This document shows positions 36,024 to 45,467 of a stretch of DNA of 64,000 bases, one piece after another. Under the pieces are notes generated by a model. That model did not search any database. It saw only the letters and a list, made by a program, of their open reading frames with translations, and had not been told where the DNA came from. Source of the stretch: Candidatus Nomurabacteria bacterium (GTDB lineage Bacteria; Patescibacteriota; Patescibacteriia; HK-STAS-PATE-3); contig CP060223.1 in assembly GCA_023898465.1 (NCBI GenBank), positions 96,001 to 160,000 of the forward strand. Direction: 5' to 3'. A program made the position numbers and the translations under genes. Position 1 is the first letter of the stretch. Each line of letters opens with the position of its first letter.

Positions 36024-36203
36024 TTAGTAGAGCCCAGCCAAATGGAGCAGGAGGATGAAGACTCCGATAGAGATCAGAAAGAGTCCGAGCCCCGTGGCTG
36101 ATCCCCAACTGTACCAGGAGCCCCAGGCGCGCCAGGGGAGTTGCGGGTAAGCCTCTCGGTAGCGCTTCCAGTCCTCGAGTTGCTCTTCTTGTTTTTTATC
36201 CAT
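36024..36203 (-). CDS. Small Trp-rich membrane protein
   Basis: The ORF-track start is TTG 36212, and the first ATG is at 36203. The C-terminal TM segment is GLGLFLISIGVFILLLHLAGL. There is no clear RBS. Confidence 0.35.
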   Translation of the reverse strand: MDKKQEEQLEDWKRYREAYPQLPWRAWGSWYSWGSATGLGLFLISIGVFILLLHLAGLY

Positions 36204-36393
36204 AGTTGCCAATGTTTGCTTGATAAGTCGACCTTTGGCAACCCATCTGTGCGGAATGATGTGCCCGTCTGTATGTTCAGGGTTGGAGAACGCGGGCGTG
36301 GTGTCAGTTCGCGCATTCGGAGTATAGCGGATGGCAATATTCTGTCAAAAAAGGATAGTAGCGCAGAAGGGGAAATAAGGCTATGCTTCAATC

Positions 36394-37086
36394 ATGAGCT
36401 ACTATGCTGAGCAAAAAAAGGCTTTTGAAAGGGTAGAAAATGCTGTAAAAAAAGGAAAGGCAGAAGGATCGGTAGTTGACCCGGTACAAGACTATGTTCA
36501 GGATAAGCGCTTATCGCTTACGAGCTTGAGTTTTTTGCCTCCGGCAGTGCAGCAAAAAATCTATCATACACTCATTATTCCGCTTCAGGTGGTAGACTCG
36601 CAGCAGGCGTATTTTGAAGCACGTAGTCTCCATGTCACGGTGCAAAATATTCGGACAGTCGCTGATCCGCCTCTGTATACTTCAGCTGACATAGAAAAAG
36701 CACGCGAGATATTTCATAACATAGTTCCTAAATACCCATTGCTAAAATGTCGACTTGAAGGTTTAAATATCTTTCCTGCAAGCGTTGCGATCCGTGCATT
36801 CGTGAGCGAGGAGTTTCGGGATCTGGTGCTTGAGCTGCGCGAAGCTCTACGACGTAATGGTGTGCCAGATAATAAAGTGTATGCTTCTGGAAATGTTATT
36901 TTTGGTAATGTTACTTTTGTTCGTTTTACGACTACTCCTAACAAGGATTTTTTTGCCAAAGTCGAGGAGTTAAAAGAGTGTTCATTTGGCGAAGTGCATT
37001 TAGAAAAAGTTTCCCTCATGGAGGTCAATGCGCTGTGTCATCCGAGCAGTATGCGGGTCATTGATACTTATTCTTTCCAGAAATAA
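36394..37086 (+). CDS. Hypothetical protein, possibly 2H-phosphoesterase-like
   Basis: The protein is 230 aa. One HxTx motif (LHVTVQ) is present, but I could not find a second canonical HxTx. Confidence 0.45.
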   Translation: MSYYAEQKKAFERVENAVKKGKAEGSVVDPVQDYVQDKRLSLTSLSFLPPAVQQKIYHTLIIPLQVVDSQQAYFEARSLHVTVQNIRTVADPPLYTSADIEKAREIFHNIVPKYPLLKCRLEGLNIFPASVAIRAFVSEEFRDLVLELREALRRNGVPDNKVYASGNVIFGNVTFVRFTTTPNKDFFAKVEELKECSFGEVHLEKVSLMEVNALCHPSSMRVIDTYSFQK

Positions 37087-37090
37087 ATAC

Positions 37091-37624
37091 ATGCTATATA
37101 TCACATACTTTGTTCATGGCACCACAACTGACAATGAGCATGATCTTTGTATGGGTTGGGCGCCGGGTCAACTGTCTGAATTAGGGAAGCGGCAAGCAAA
37201 AGATCTTGGAGAGCAGGTTGACGCGTCACAGTTTGCAGTCATGTTTTGTTCTGATTTGCAACGGGCAGTTGATTCAGCTGAGCTAGGTTTTGGAGGGATG
37301 TTGAAGATAATTCAAGATCAGCGTTTGCGTGAATGCAACTATGGTGACTTAACACAGAGGTCTGAGGATCTTGTGGACTACGCCAAGCATATTGCAGAAC
37401 CATTTCCAAATGGTGAGAGCTTACATGACGTTGAGCAGCGGATGCGGGAATTTTTAGAAATGCTTAACACTGGCTATGCAGATAAACATGTGGCCCTTAT
37501 GGCCCACAAGGCACCTCAACTTGCGCTCGAAGTGCTCCTGAATGGAAAAACGTGGGAGCAAGCGATTACGGAAGACTGGCGTAAAAAGAAAGCTTGGCAA
37601 CCGGGGTGGAGCTATTTGTTTTAG
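37091..37624 (+). CDS. Histidine phosphatase (PGAM-like) family protein
   Basis: I moved the start to ATG 37091. YITYFVHGTTTDNE has VHG where RHG is canonical. SDLQRAVDSAE and the distal ALMAHKAP fit the family pattern. Confidence 0.5.
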   Translation: MLYITYFVHGTTTDNEHDLCMGWAPGQLSELGKRQAKDLGEQVDASQFAVMFCSDLQRAVDSAELGFGGMLKIIQDQRLRECNYGDLTQRSEDLVDYAKHIAEPFPNGESLHDVEQRMREFLEMLNTGYADKHVALMAHKAPQLALEVLLNGKTWEQAITEDWRKKKAWQPGWSYLF

Positions 37625-37672
37625 TTGCTATTTTTTTCATAGAGCGCATAATAACATAAGGAGGAAAATTAT

Positions 37673-38026
37673 ATGGAAAAAATATTTGGGGTCGACCCGA
37701 AAAGTAAGTTCACAGCAGAAGATGTTCGAGACGCTATTGTGGAGTGTTTCTATCAAGCCCATAAAGAGGTGGCTGAGAAGCAATTCCAATTTGCAGGCGA
37801 GGATTTTGGTGAAGAAGCATTGAAGAAGATGACCTCTAATTTCACTGAAGGCATAGTACGCCGCGCGTTTACAGAAACAAGTGGTGACTTTTCCCAGCCT
37901 ACTAAGGCATCTCTACAGAAGGCCATAGATTATATGAAGGAGTTTGCTATGGAATTTCGCACTAAGGAAATTATTGACGCGAATTATCAACAGATTAAAA
38001 GCTTGATAGACGGGTTGTCGGAGTAG
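37673..38026 (+). CDS. Hypothetical protein (117 aa)
   Basis: There is a strong AAGGAGG RBS. I recognise no family. Confidence 0.55.
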   Translation: MEKIFGVDPKSKFTAEDVRDAIVECFYQAHKEVAEKQFQFAGEDFGEEALKKMTSNFTEGIVRRAFTETSGDFSQPTKASLQKAIDYMKEFAMEFRTKEIIDANYQQIKSLIDGLSE

Positions 38027-38091
38027 CCTTGGGAGCTTGCGAAAAAAGGAAAAACAAGTATACTTCGCATACGTAGTGTTCTGATTTTGCT

Positions 38092-39075
38092 ATGCCATAT
38101 TTTTTCCGTGGACCATTTCTCATAATGATTGCGGCTATGCTGTGGGCCTTAGACGGTTTACTGCGCTCACAGCTTACTGCGTCAATTCCCTCCACCGCCA
38201 TTGTTTTTTATGAGCACCTGGTAGGCTTTGTCCTTCTTCTCCCTTTTTTCTGGAGAGCTCTACCTAAAGTAAAAACATTGCATCGAGCTGATTGGTTTCG
38301 ACTCATTTTACTTACCATAGTGAGTAGTGTGCTTGGCACTATTCTTTTTACCGAGGCATTTGCCCGGAGCGCTGTTTCTTATGACTTCATCACTCCAACC
38401 TTACTGCAAAAACTCCAACCAGTTTTTGTGGTGCTACTCTCAGCTATTCTCTTACGCGAGCGAGTGACATGGCGTTTCATTGGTTTAGCCATACTCGCTT
38501 TAGTAGGTAGCTATATGGTTACTTTTGGATCCGAATCTGTTTCGCTAAGCTGGAGCGGTAAAGAGATAGTGTTTCTCTTATCTATCGGCGCTGCCTTAGC
38601 CTGGGGATCGGGTACTATTTTGAGCAAGAAGATTTTAGAGAAGCTTTCATTTAGCGAGGCGACTTCCTTGCGTTTCTTATTAGCCATTCCTATTAGTGCT
38701 ATCGCGATGCTAACACTTAATCATGGCTATAGTCCGGTGGAAATTTCCGGGGCTTCTTGGCTCCGCTTCGTCGCTATTGGTTTGACTACTGGAGCAGCGG
38801 CGATTCTTATCTACTACCGTGGCTTGCGAATTACACCAGCGAAAGTCTCCACTTTTGCTGAGTTGATGTTTCCCGTCACAAGTATTCTCATAGCCGTGAC
38901 AGCGCTTAATCCCTTTGGCGCGCCGCAGCCCATTAGCTTTGGCCAGGGCCTAGGTATTCTTATCCTCATCGTTTCCATTTTACTTATTGGAACGAGTGAG
39001 CTACCCGCGCCTAAAGTAAAAGAGAGTGAAGCATATGAAGGAGCTACCCAGTCCGAGCCAGTATCTACAACATAA
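38092..39075 (+). CDS. EamA/DMT-family transporter
   Basis: There are ten hydrophobic helices in two EamA-like halves. Confidence 0.7.
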   Translation: MPYFFRGPFLIMIAAMLWALDGLLRSQLTASIPSTAIVFYEHLVGFVLLLPFFWRALPKVKTLHRADWFRLILLTIVSSVLGTILFTEAFARSAVSYDFITPTLLQKLQPVFVVLLSAILLRERVTWRFIGLAILALVGSYMVTFGSESVSLSWSGKEIVFLLSIGAALAWGSGTILSKKILEKLSFSEATSLRFLLAIPISAIAMLTLNHGYSPVEISGASWLRFVAIGLTTGAAAILIYYRGLRITPAKVSTFAELMFPVTSILIAVTALNPFGAPQPISFGQGLGILILIVSILLIGTSELPAPKVKESEAYEGATQSEPVSTT

Positions 39076-40078
39076 ACTTGAAACCTGCGGTCAGTATACA
39101 TTGACCGAGTCTGATCACGCTCTTCTCAAAGAAAAAGGCATGGAGGAGTTTTTGTACGCAAAACTTACTTCCAAGAAATTTCGGAAGTGGAGAATAACTC
39201 AAAAAGCAGAAGACCGCATCCGTAATGCACTTTCTGTCACGGTGCCAAAGAATAAGCCACTACAGTTACGTTTTCCCTTTGGGGCATATAAACTTTGGCG
39301 CTTGCCATCAAGTCCAGAAGTGGACTGGGCTGAGTTTTTTACCTTGGCGTATTTCTCAGAGTTCCTCGCACCAATTTTAGCCGCATATCAACCGGGGGTG
39401 GAGTTGTATTTTTCTTCAGATGAGGTAATTGTCGAACCTATGAACAATGTATCTCGAGAAGAAACAGATGCATACCAAGAATCATTCAGGCGTTTGTTGG
39501 CAGAATTTAAAAAGTATTGGCCAAATAATTTCATTGTTGATATTCGACCTGTGCGCAATCTCTATAACAATGCAGAAGAAATTTTCAATGAAGCTCAGCA
39601 AATGATTCCGATAATTGAAGAAAGATATGCGGCCATGTCAAAAGAGGAAGTCGCTTCTGCTGAAAAAACCTCAGCCATGAATATTCGCTGGGATGGAGTT
39701 CAGGATTGGCAGAAGCTTACTGAGGATGAAAAGAAGGAAAAAATTCACTACGGCACAATATTACACGATGCCTATTGCGCGATTAGCAAACGACAACAAT
39801 TCATGCGTAGTGACGATACGATTTTACTTTTTGTAAATAGACAAGTTTCTGATGGTATTCCACTAGGTAGCACTAAGAATTCAATTGCGAAGTTTTGGCC
39901 GGGCTACGGAGTGTTGGAACAAAAAGAAGCAGGCTATATAGAGAGAGTGCTGACCCCGCAACAACTTACTTCATTGCAGCATGAGAAAGCTCAAATTGAA
40001 GCAATCGATTGGCTGCCAATGAAAAACTTTCACGAGATCCAAGTGTATCCTGAGCTGAATTTTACGCTTACTAAATAG
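39035..40078 (+). CDS. Conserved hypothetical protein, tandem paralog A
   Basis: The ORF-track start is GTG 39026. ATG 39035 gives MKELPSPSQYLQ..., colinear with paralog B (MSHFSPSQYLQ...). The pair is homologous throughout. I do not recognise the family. Confidence 0.7.
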   Translation: MKELPSPSQYLQHKLETCGQYTLTESDHALLKEKGMEEFLYAKLTSKKFRKWRITQKAEDRIRNALSVTVPKNKPLQLRFPFGAYKLWRLPSSPEVDWAEFFTLAYFSEFLAPILAAYQPGVELYFSSDEVIVEPMNNVSREETDAYQESFRRLLAEFKKYWPNNFIVDIRPVRNLYNNAEEIFNEAQQMIPIIEERYAAMSKEEVASAEKTSAMNIRWDGVQDWQKLTEDEKKEKIHYGTILHDAYCAISKRQQFMRSDDTILLFVNRQVSDGIPLGSTKNSIAKFWPGYGVLEQKEAGYIERVLTPQQLTSLQHEKAQIEAIDWLPMKNFHEIQVYPELNFTLTK

Positions 40079-40140
40079 TTCTAGACAGGATCCATCAGAA
40101 CACTTAGTATGCACTAGGAGAACTTTCTTATTGCAGTCGT

Positions 40141-41181
40141 ATGTCACATTTTAGTCCGAGTCAGTATTTACAACATAGACTCGAAAGTTGTGGTCACTAC
40201 GAGTTGACCGCGTCAGACCATGTTCTACTCAAAGAAAAAGGCATGGAAGAGTTCTTGTACGCCAAGCTTACTTCCAAGAAATTTCGGAAGTGGAGAATTC
40301 AAGAAAGTTACCAAAAAGAGATTCGTGAACAGATTCGCTATTGTGTAGAAAAAAATATTCCAATAGAGCCAACTTGGTTTTTTGGTGGATATAAATTATG
40401 GAGCTTACCCGGCTCGCCTGAACCAAACTGGGCTGAGTTTTTTACTATCGCATATTTTCTACAATTTATTTCTCCAATCGCGGCGGCTTATTCTCCCGGT
40501 GTGACTTTCAAATTTTGGGTTGCTCATGCTTCAATTATGCTGCAGCAAAGCAATATACCCATTAAAGAGTGTATAAAATATAGAGAGGAATTTAATCGAT
40601 TGCTTTCCTTTTTTAGAAAGTACCTTCCCTCAAATATTGTTGTAGAGCTTCATGACTATTCTGAACTTTATCCAGATCAAAACGAATACGAGCAAGAATT
40701 AGAGCAATGTATCCTAAATACAGAAAGAAAATATCACGAAGAATGGACTGAGGATAGAAAAAGAATTAAGAGAACAACTTCAGAATTAAATATACAGTGG
40801 TCTGGAGCAGAGGATTGGACCAAGTTGGGTGAAAGTGAAAGAGAAGAAAAGATTTTTCGTGGACCATTGGTTCATGATGGGTATTGTGCTTTATCAAGAG
40901 TGAACGAAGCATTACGCGGGTCAGGTAAACTTGACTTGAGTGCTACGCCTTTGCCTTCAGGATCAATTCCAGTTGGCACAAGTGCAAGTTCCGTGACTAA
41001 ATTCTGGACCGGAGTTGGTGTGCTTGAAAAACATGATAGTCGCTATGTGGAGCGAATTTTATCCCCTCAGCAATGGAATGCTGTTCAGGGTCTATCTGTT
41101 CAAATTGAAGCAATCGATTGGCTGCCAATGAAAAACTTTCACGAGATCCAAGTGTATCCTGAGCTGAATTTTTCTCGCTAG
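40141..41181 (+). CDS. Conserved hypothetical protein, tandem paralog B
   Basis: The protein is 346 aa. It shares GxYKLWxLPxSPEPxWAEFFTxAYF, AAYxPGV, HDxYCAxS and KFWxGxGVLE with paralog A. Confidence 0.7.
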   Translation: MSHFSPSQYLQHRLESCGHYELTASDHVLLKEKGMEEFLYAKLTSKKFRKWRIQESYQKEIREQIRYCVEKNIPIEPTWFFGGYKLWSLPGSPEPNWAEFFTIAYFLQFISPIAAAYSPGVTFKFWVAHASIMLQQSNIPIKECIKYREEFNRLLSFFRKYLPSNIVVELHDYSELYPDQNEYEQELEQCILNTERKYHEEWTEDRKRIKRTTSELNIQWSGAEDWTKLGESEREEKIFRGPLVHDGYCALSRVNEALRGSGKLDLSATPLPSGSIPVGTSASSVTKFWTGVGVLEKHDSRYVERILSPQQWNAVQGLSVQIEAIDWLPMKNFHEIQVYPELNFSR

Positions 41182-41237
41182 ATAAGACTGGACAATTTTA
41201 TCCTCTCTACGTACTATGCAAGTAGTCCGTCTTCAGA

Positions 41238-41966
41238 ATGGCTGTACACAATATTAAGGGGCATAGCATGTTTTCTCGTAATATCTTGATCGCCCTTTCT
41301 CAACCTGAGGATGGGGACATGCGGGCGCAAGCGTCCGATGGAAACGGCCTAGAACGCCGTAGGATTTTTTTGGAGTCCGAGGGCTTTAGGTCTGATCAGG
41401 CTGTCTACGCTGGACTTGATCATGGCACGAATGTGATTGCAGTCCGCGGGACAGACGCTGGTCAAACTGTTCCAGACGTGGACGGTTTAGTAACGAACGA
41501 AGCAGGTCTAGTCCTGGGTCTGACCGTAGCTGATTGTTTGCCAGTTTATTTGTATGACCCAAGGACCGAGGCGATTGGACTCCTCCATGCCGGGTGGCGC
41601 GGCTTGGAGCAAGGTGTGCTGAGGCAGGGGATTGAACGAATGCAGCAAAGCTTCCGAGTGCACCCAGAGGATGTATTCGCAGCAATTGGTCCGAGTATCC
41701 GATCCTGCCACTATCAAGTAGGCGAGGAAGTGGCGAGACGATTTCGGGCACGCTATTCACTAGCTTTGGAACAGCGGGGACTCGAAACAAGACTGGATCT
41801 TACCAGGGTTGCTCGTATGCAGCTCGGTGAGGTAGGAGTCATTGCGCGTCACATCGAGGTTCATCCTCATTGCACCTACTGTCGGCCGGGTTTGTACTTT
41901 TCTCGTCGGAGGCAGGGCACAGGCTTTGGTCTGATGCTTGCTACAATCGCACGCTTACCAAGTTAG
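41238..41966 (+). CDS. pgeF: YfiH/PgeF-family (DUF152, purine nucleoside phosphorylase/laccase-domain) protein
   Basis: VADCLPVYLYD and LLHAGWRGL are hallmark motifs. An alternative start is ATG 41268. Confidence 0.8.
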   Translation: MAVHNIKGHSMFSRNILIALSQPEDGDMRAQASDGNGLERRRIFLESEGFRSDQAVYAGLDHGTNVIAVRGTDAGQTVPDVDGLVTNEAGLVLGLTVADCLPVYLYDPRTEAIGLLHAGWRGLEQGVLRQGIERMQQSFRVHPEDVFAAIGPSIRSCHYQVGEEVARRFRARYSLALEQRGLETRLDLTRVARMQLGEVGVIARHIEVHPHCTYCRPGLYFSRRRQGTGFGLMLATIARLPS

Positions 41967-41977
41967 TCCACCTCAGG

Positions 41978-42005
41978 TAAAAGCAATCCTTCGGGATTGC
42001 TTTTC
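41978..42005 (+). terminator. Rho-independent terminator
   Basis: AAAAGCAATCC-ttcg-GGATTGCTTTT. Confidence 0.8.
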
Positions 42006-42188
42006 GCTAATCCTAGCAGAATTTTTTTGGCGTCTTTTCCATTTTGCTCTTTTATTTTTGCACTCTCTTGACAAAGTTTCGTACCGTAGAGGGGCTGTGG
42101 ATGATTTTACCCCTATAAACATTGGCGGAAATTAACTTTTCGGTTATACTATCTCAAGAACTTTCGATAATTAATTTAAGGAGATGCT

Positions 42189-42470
42189 ATGGCAAAAATG
42201 ACCAAATCTCAACTCCTCACCATGTTGGCTGAAAAGAGCAACATGTCAAAGAAGGATGTTGGCGAGTTTCTCGACATGCTGGCCCAGATGGCCTATGACG
42301 AGACCAAGCGAAATGGCGAGTTTACCCTCCCAGGTCTTGGTAAGCTGGTGAAGAAGCACCGTGCTGCTCGTTCCGGTCGTAACCCTGCTACTGGCGAAAC
42401 GATCCAGATCCCGGCCAAGACCGTGGTGAAGTTCCGTGTTGCCAAGGCAGCCAAAGAAGCAATTCTGTAA
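42189..42470 (+). CDS. hup: HU/IHF-family DNA-binding protein
   Basis: SGRNPATGETIQIPAKTVVKF is the HU arm motif. The protein is 93 aa with an AAGGAG RBS. Confidence 0.9.
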   Translation: MAKMTKSQLLTMLAEKSNMSKKDVGEFLDMLAQMAYDETKRNGEFTLPGLGKLVKKHRAARSGRNPATGETIQIPAKTVVKFRVAKAAKEAIL

Positions 42471-42496
42471 TTTCAACAAGATAGTTTCTGATCAAG

Positions 42497-42515
42497 ATCC
42501 CCGCGAGGGGATTTT
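42497..42515 (+). terminator. Rho-independent terminator after hup
   Basis: ATCCCC-gcga-GGGGAT is followed by TTT. Confidence 0.65.
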
Positions 42516-42532
42516 GGTTATGTAGAATAAAC

Positions 42533-42561
42533 TTGATACAAAGGAATTTTTGTGGTATACT
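42533..42561 (+). promoter_or_regulatory. Sigma70 promoter (TTGATA-17-TATACT, TG-extended)
   Basis: The spacing is good, and a TGn lies immediately 5' of the -10 element. Confidence 0.6.
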
Positions 42562-42659
42562 TTATGTGAAATAAAAATATGCGGGGGATTTGCAGCTAAC
42601 AATCAAAACTTCCGAACTCACCAAATGGTGGGGTTTTCGTTCTGTGATAGTAATTTTTT

Positions 42660-44894
42660 ATGCCAAATAAATCATTAAAAAAATCTATGCCAAGTACAAA
42701 AGGATCACGCACGGAGGAGGTTGGAGTAAAGACTCGCACTCGAGTTGATACCGCATTTGGTTTGTTGTTGATAGGTGGAGCACTTAGCGTTGGTATGTTT
42801 GCCTTTTTCTTCTTTAGCCAGGGATTCTCAAAGGAAGCTACTTCATTTGGCAATAAGGTGAACGAGCAACATCGCGCATCAAGCCTTTGGCCACATGTGA
42901 GAACGGCGATTCACTTCAATCATCGGCCTGTAAATAGCACAACAGAGGCAAATTTCTTAGCCACGCACTTTGACTATTATGTTGGTCAAGTCGGTACTTA
43001 TGCAAATTATTTACGTCAGGTTAATCCAAACATCAATCTGGCCTTTATGCGCAGCGTACGAGCTATTAACAGCGTGCCGGAATTAGAAACTTGGCTGGCA
43101 GATCATCCTGAATATGATGAGGAAGAATTTTTCTTGCACTACACCCAAGATACCTTGGTTGGACCTAGTGGAAATCAGATTCTCGTAAAGGGTTGGCGAG
43201 AGGAGTGCTCACCAAATTGTGAGCCAGCCGCAACGGCAACTACACGTGAAGAGAGTCGAGTGCCAGATTCTGGTGAGTTTGCCCGGGGTTGGTATGTGCC
43301 AAATCCAAACTATGAAGGTCTGCCTGTTTTTCAAGCTGACATGCTTGCTTTGCGACAAAGTTGGTACGGAATTGATGGCACTTTCTTTGATTGGTGTGCT
43401 GGAGCATCTGTACAAAGCGAGAATCACCTGAGTCGCACTGCTGAGTATGCCGACATAGATGATTCAGATAATTTTCGCCATCCTTTTGTAGGTGATTCAA
43501 TCGCTATCATGGATAAGGTTTTGGATCGCTATAACGAGGAATATGCCGATCAGTATGGATCAATTGATTGGATTCCTTGTAACACGGTAGCTGGATATTG
43601 GACCTATGATCACGGCAACATTGAAAACAATGACTACCGAGACGCTTTACTTGCCAGCGAGTCAAACAGCGAGTTTTTCTGGGAAGTGTGGATGCAATAT
43701 AATGATACTTATCCACTTACCTCAGGGCCAAGTCGAGATGTGCATTTGAAGTATCTCAAAGATACCATTGCGCTATCAAACCAGAAACAAACTGGACTCG
43801 AATTGGTTGCCCTGGGTGATCAGGCTAGCGATCGAACAAACACCTTCTTACTCGGCTTAGCGTATCTCGTCCAAACACCTGATCGCTCGGTAGTGTCATA
43901 TCGACTTGATGTGCCAGCTCATAATTCAGATGAGCATCTACAAAATTGGGCCTGGTTACCACAGTTAGCTTACGACATTGGCCAACCTGCTCAGAACCCA
44001 GCTGGTATTCGAGATGTCTTTGGCAATCAAAACACCAGTGAATTCTATGAATGGGCGACCGGAGCTGATCCGGGAAATTCAGGACATACCTATTCGATTT
44101 ATGCTCGACAATACGAGAATGCATTGGTGCTTACCAAAATGCGTCAGGCTCGTGAGGATGCTTGGGGAGATGCAACCGCGACCACGCATGAGCTTGATCA
44201 GCCATATCGAGTCTTACGGGCAGATGGAAGTGTAGGAGATGAAGTGAGTCAAGTTACTTTGCGTGATAACGAAGCAGTTATCCTCATTCGTACAGAAGCT
44301 CCATTAATCCAAAATGTGCAGACCGACCGTGTCTGGAGCACCCGAGCTTTAATTAGCGCTAAGGTGCAGGACGCACAATCAGTTGTTGTGCAGTACGGTA
44401 AGACCACCCAGTATGGCAATGAACTGGTTTTGAAGCGCTCACGGGTTGATGGTACTTACTCCGTCAATATTAATCGCCTCACTCAAGGCACGCTCTATCA
44501 CTATCGAATAAAGGCAACGGGTCAAAACGGCGCGACAGTGTATTCAAACGATTACAACTTCCGCACGCTGCAGAATTCCTTATCTTTGAAAGATGTTATT
44601 CATGTTTTACGAGATGATGGGACCATCGATGTCACCGTGGAATCGCCAAATGCGGATTTAGTCCAGCTGACGTATAACTCAAAGAAAACACCAAACGTTA
44701 CTGTTACCCTTGAGGAAGCGAGTGAGGGCGTCTTCACCACAACACTTTCTGGATTATTGCCTAATGAGCAATATACCTACAAGGTGCTCACACAACAGGG
44801 AAAAACAAAAGCGTATGCCTCGGGCAGTTTTACCCCTCGGAAGATAGATGAAGATATGTTCCCCAGCATCACACGCACGACAGTAGAAGAATAA
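42660..44894 (+). CDS. Membrane-anchored 744-aa extracellular protein with two C-terminal FN3-like domains
   Basis: The N-terminal TM segment is FGLLLIGGALSVGMFAFFFF. VQYGKTTQYGNE...GTLYHYRIKATG... fits an FN3/PAP-N-type domain pattern. I do not recognise the catalytic-looking central domain. Confidence 0.6.
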   Translation: MPNKSLKKSMPSTKGSRTEEVGVKTRTRVDTAFGLLLIGGALSVGMFAFFFFSQGFSKEATSFGNKVNEQHRASSLWPHVRTAIHFNHRPVNSTTEANFLATHFDYYVGQVGTYANYLRQVNPNINLAFMRSVRAINSVPELETWLADHPEYDEEEFFLHYTQDTLVGPSGNQILVKGWREECSPNCEPAATATTREESRVPDSGEFARGWYVPNPNYEGLPVFQADMLALRQSWYGIDGTFFDWCAGASVQSENHLSRTAEYADIDDSDNFRHPFVGDSIAIMDKVLDRYNEEYADQYGSIDWIPCNTVAGYWTYDHGNIENNDYRDALLASESNSEFFWEVWMQYNDTYPLTSGPSRDVHLKYLKDTIALSNQKQTGLELVALGDQASDRTNTFLLGLAYLVQTPDRSVVSYRLDVPAHNSDEHLQNWAWLPQLAYDIGQPAQNPAGIRDVFGNQNTSEFYEWATGADPGNSGHTYSIYARQYENALVLTKMRQAREDAWGDATATTHELDQPYRVLRADGSVGDEVSQVTLRDNEAVILIRTEAPLIQNVQTDRVWSTRALISAKVQDAQSVVVQYGKTTQYGNELVLKRSRVDGTYSVNINRLTQGTLYHYRIKATGQNGATVYSNDYNFRTLQNSLSLKDVIHVLRDDGTIDVTVESPNADLVQLTYNSKKTPNVTVTLEEASEGVFTTTLSGLLPNEQYTYKVLTQQGKTKAYASGSFTPRKIDEDMFPSITRTTVEE

Positions 44895-44901
44895 GCTAAT
44901 C

Positions 44902-44934
44902 AAAAAAACGCCTCGGTCATCCGGGGCGTTTTTC
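44902..44934. terminator. Bidirectional terminator between convergent genes
   Basis: AAAAAACGCCTCGG-tcat-CCGGGGCGTTTTT has an A-run on the 5' side and a T-run on the 3' side. Confidence 0.8.
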
Positions 44935-44937
44935 GTA

Positions 44938-45465
44938 TCAAACTTTGGGAAGAATGCGTAGAGCGAGTAATACTAAACCTAGACTCAGACTTACAAAAAG
45001 CAATTGATCAATGAACCCACCAGTACGAATCCGCAGCATTTTTGGTGGACGCACCCGTAACTTCCATGGATAAAAAAGTGGAATGCCTGATGGCGTAACT
45101 CCATCAAGAAGTAGGTGGCTTGCATATCCTATGGCAACCGCAATGATGATAGCAATGGGTGGCTGCCAGAGGCTTGTCAGCGCGATAACTATGCCGAGGG
45201 CGAGAAGTGAATGCAGTAGGCCACGATGACCAAAAAGCGCATGGAGGAGCATTCCAAGAGGTCGCAAAAGTGGCAGACGTGGTCCTCGTCGACCAAGCTG
45301 AATACTGCTTTGTTGGAGCATTGAATTCGAGGCATCGAGATCAGGCAGGAGTGCGGCCACCCCTCCTATCAGCGTAATGAGAGCGACCTCCTGGCCAGGA
45401 AGGCTTGCAGCAAAAGTCCAGGCCGCTGCATTCGCGCCAGCTAAGAAGTGCGTTTTACCGGTCAT
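44938..45465 (-). CDS. Membrane-bound metal-dependent hydrolase-like protein (DUF457/YdjM-like)
   Basis: MTGKTHFLAGA..., DLD and HRGLLHS lie within a polytopic membrane protein. Confidence 0.5.
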   Translation of the reverse strand: MTGKTHFLAGANAAAWTFAASLPGQEVALITLIGGVAALLPDLDASNSMLQQSSIQLGRRGPRLPLLRPLGMLLHALFGHRGLLHSLLALGIVIALTSLWQPPIAIIIAVAIGYASHLLLDGVTPSGIPLFYPWKLRVRPPKMLRIRTGGFIDQLLFVSLSLGLVLLALRILPKV

Positions 45466-45467
45466 AC

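Noticed and set aside
29196-41181. Whether the Nudix repeats or the tandem paralogs are template and variable repeats of a diversity-generating retroelement.
   Set aside because: There is no reverse transcriptase in the window. The differences between repeat copies include indels and are not restricted to adenine positions.
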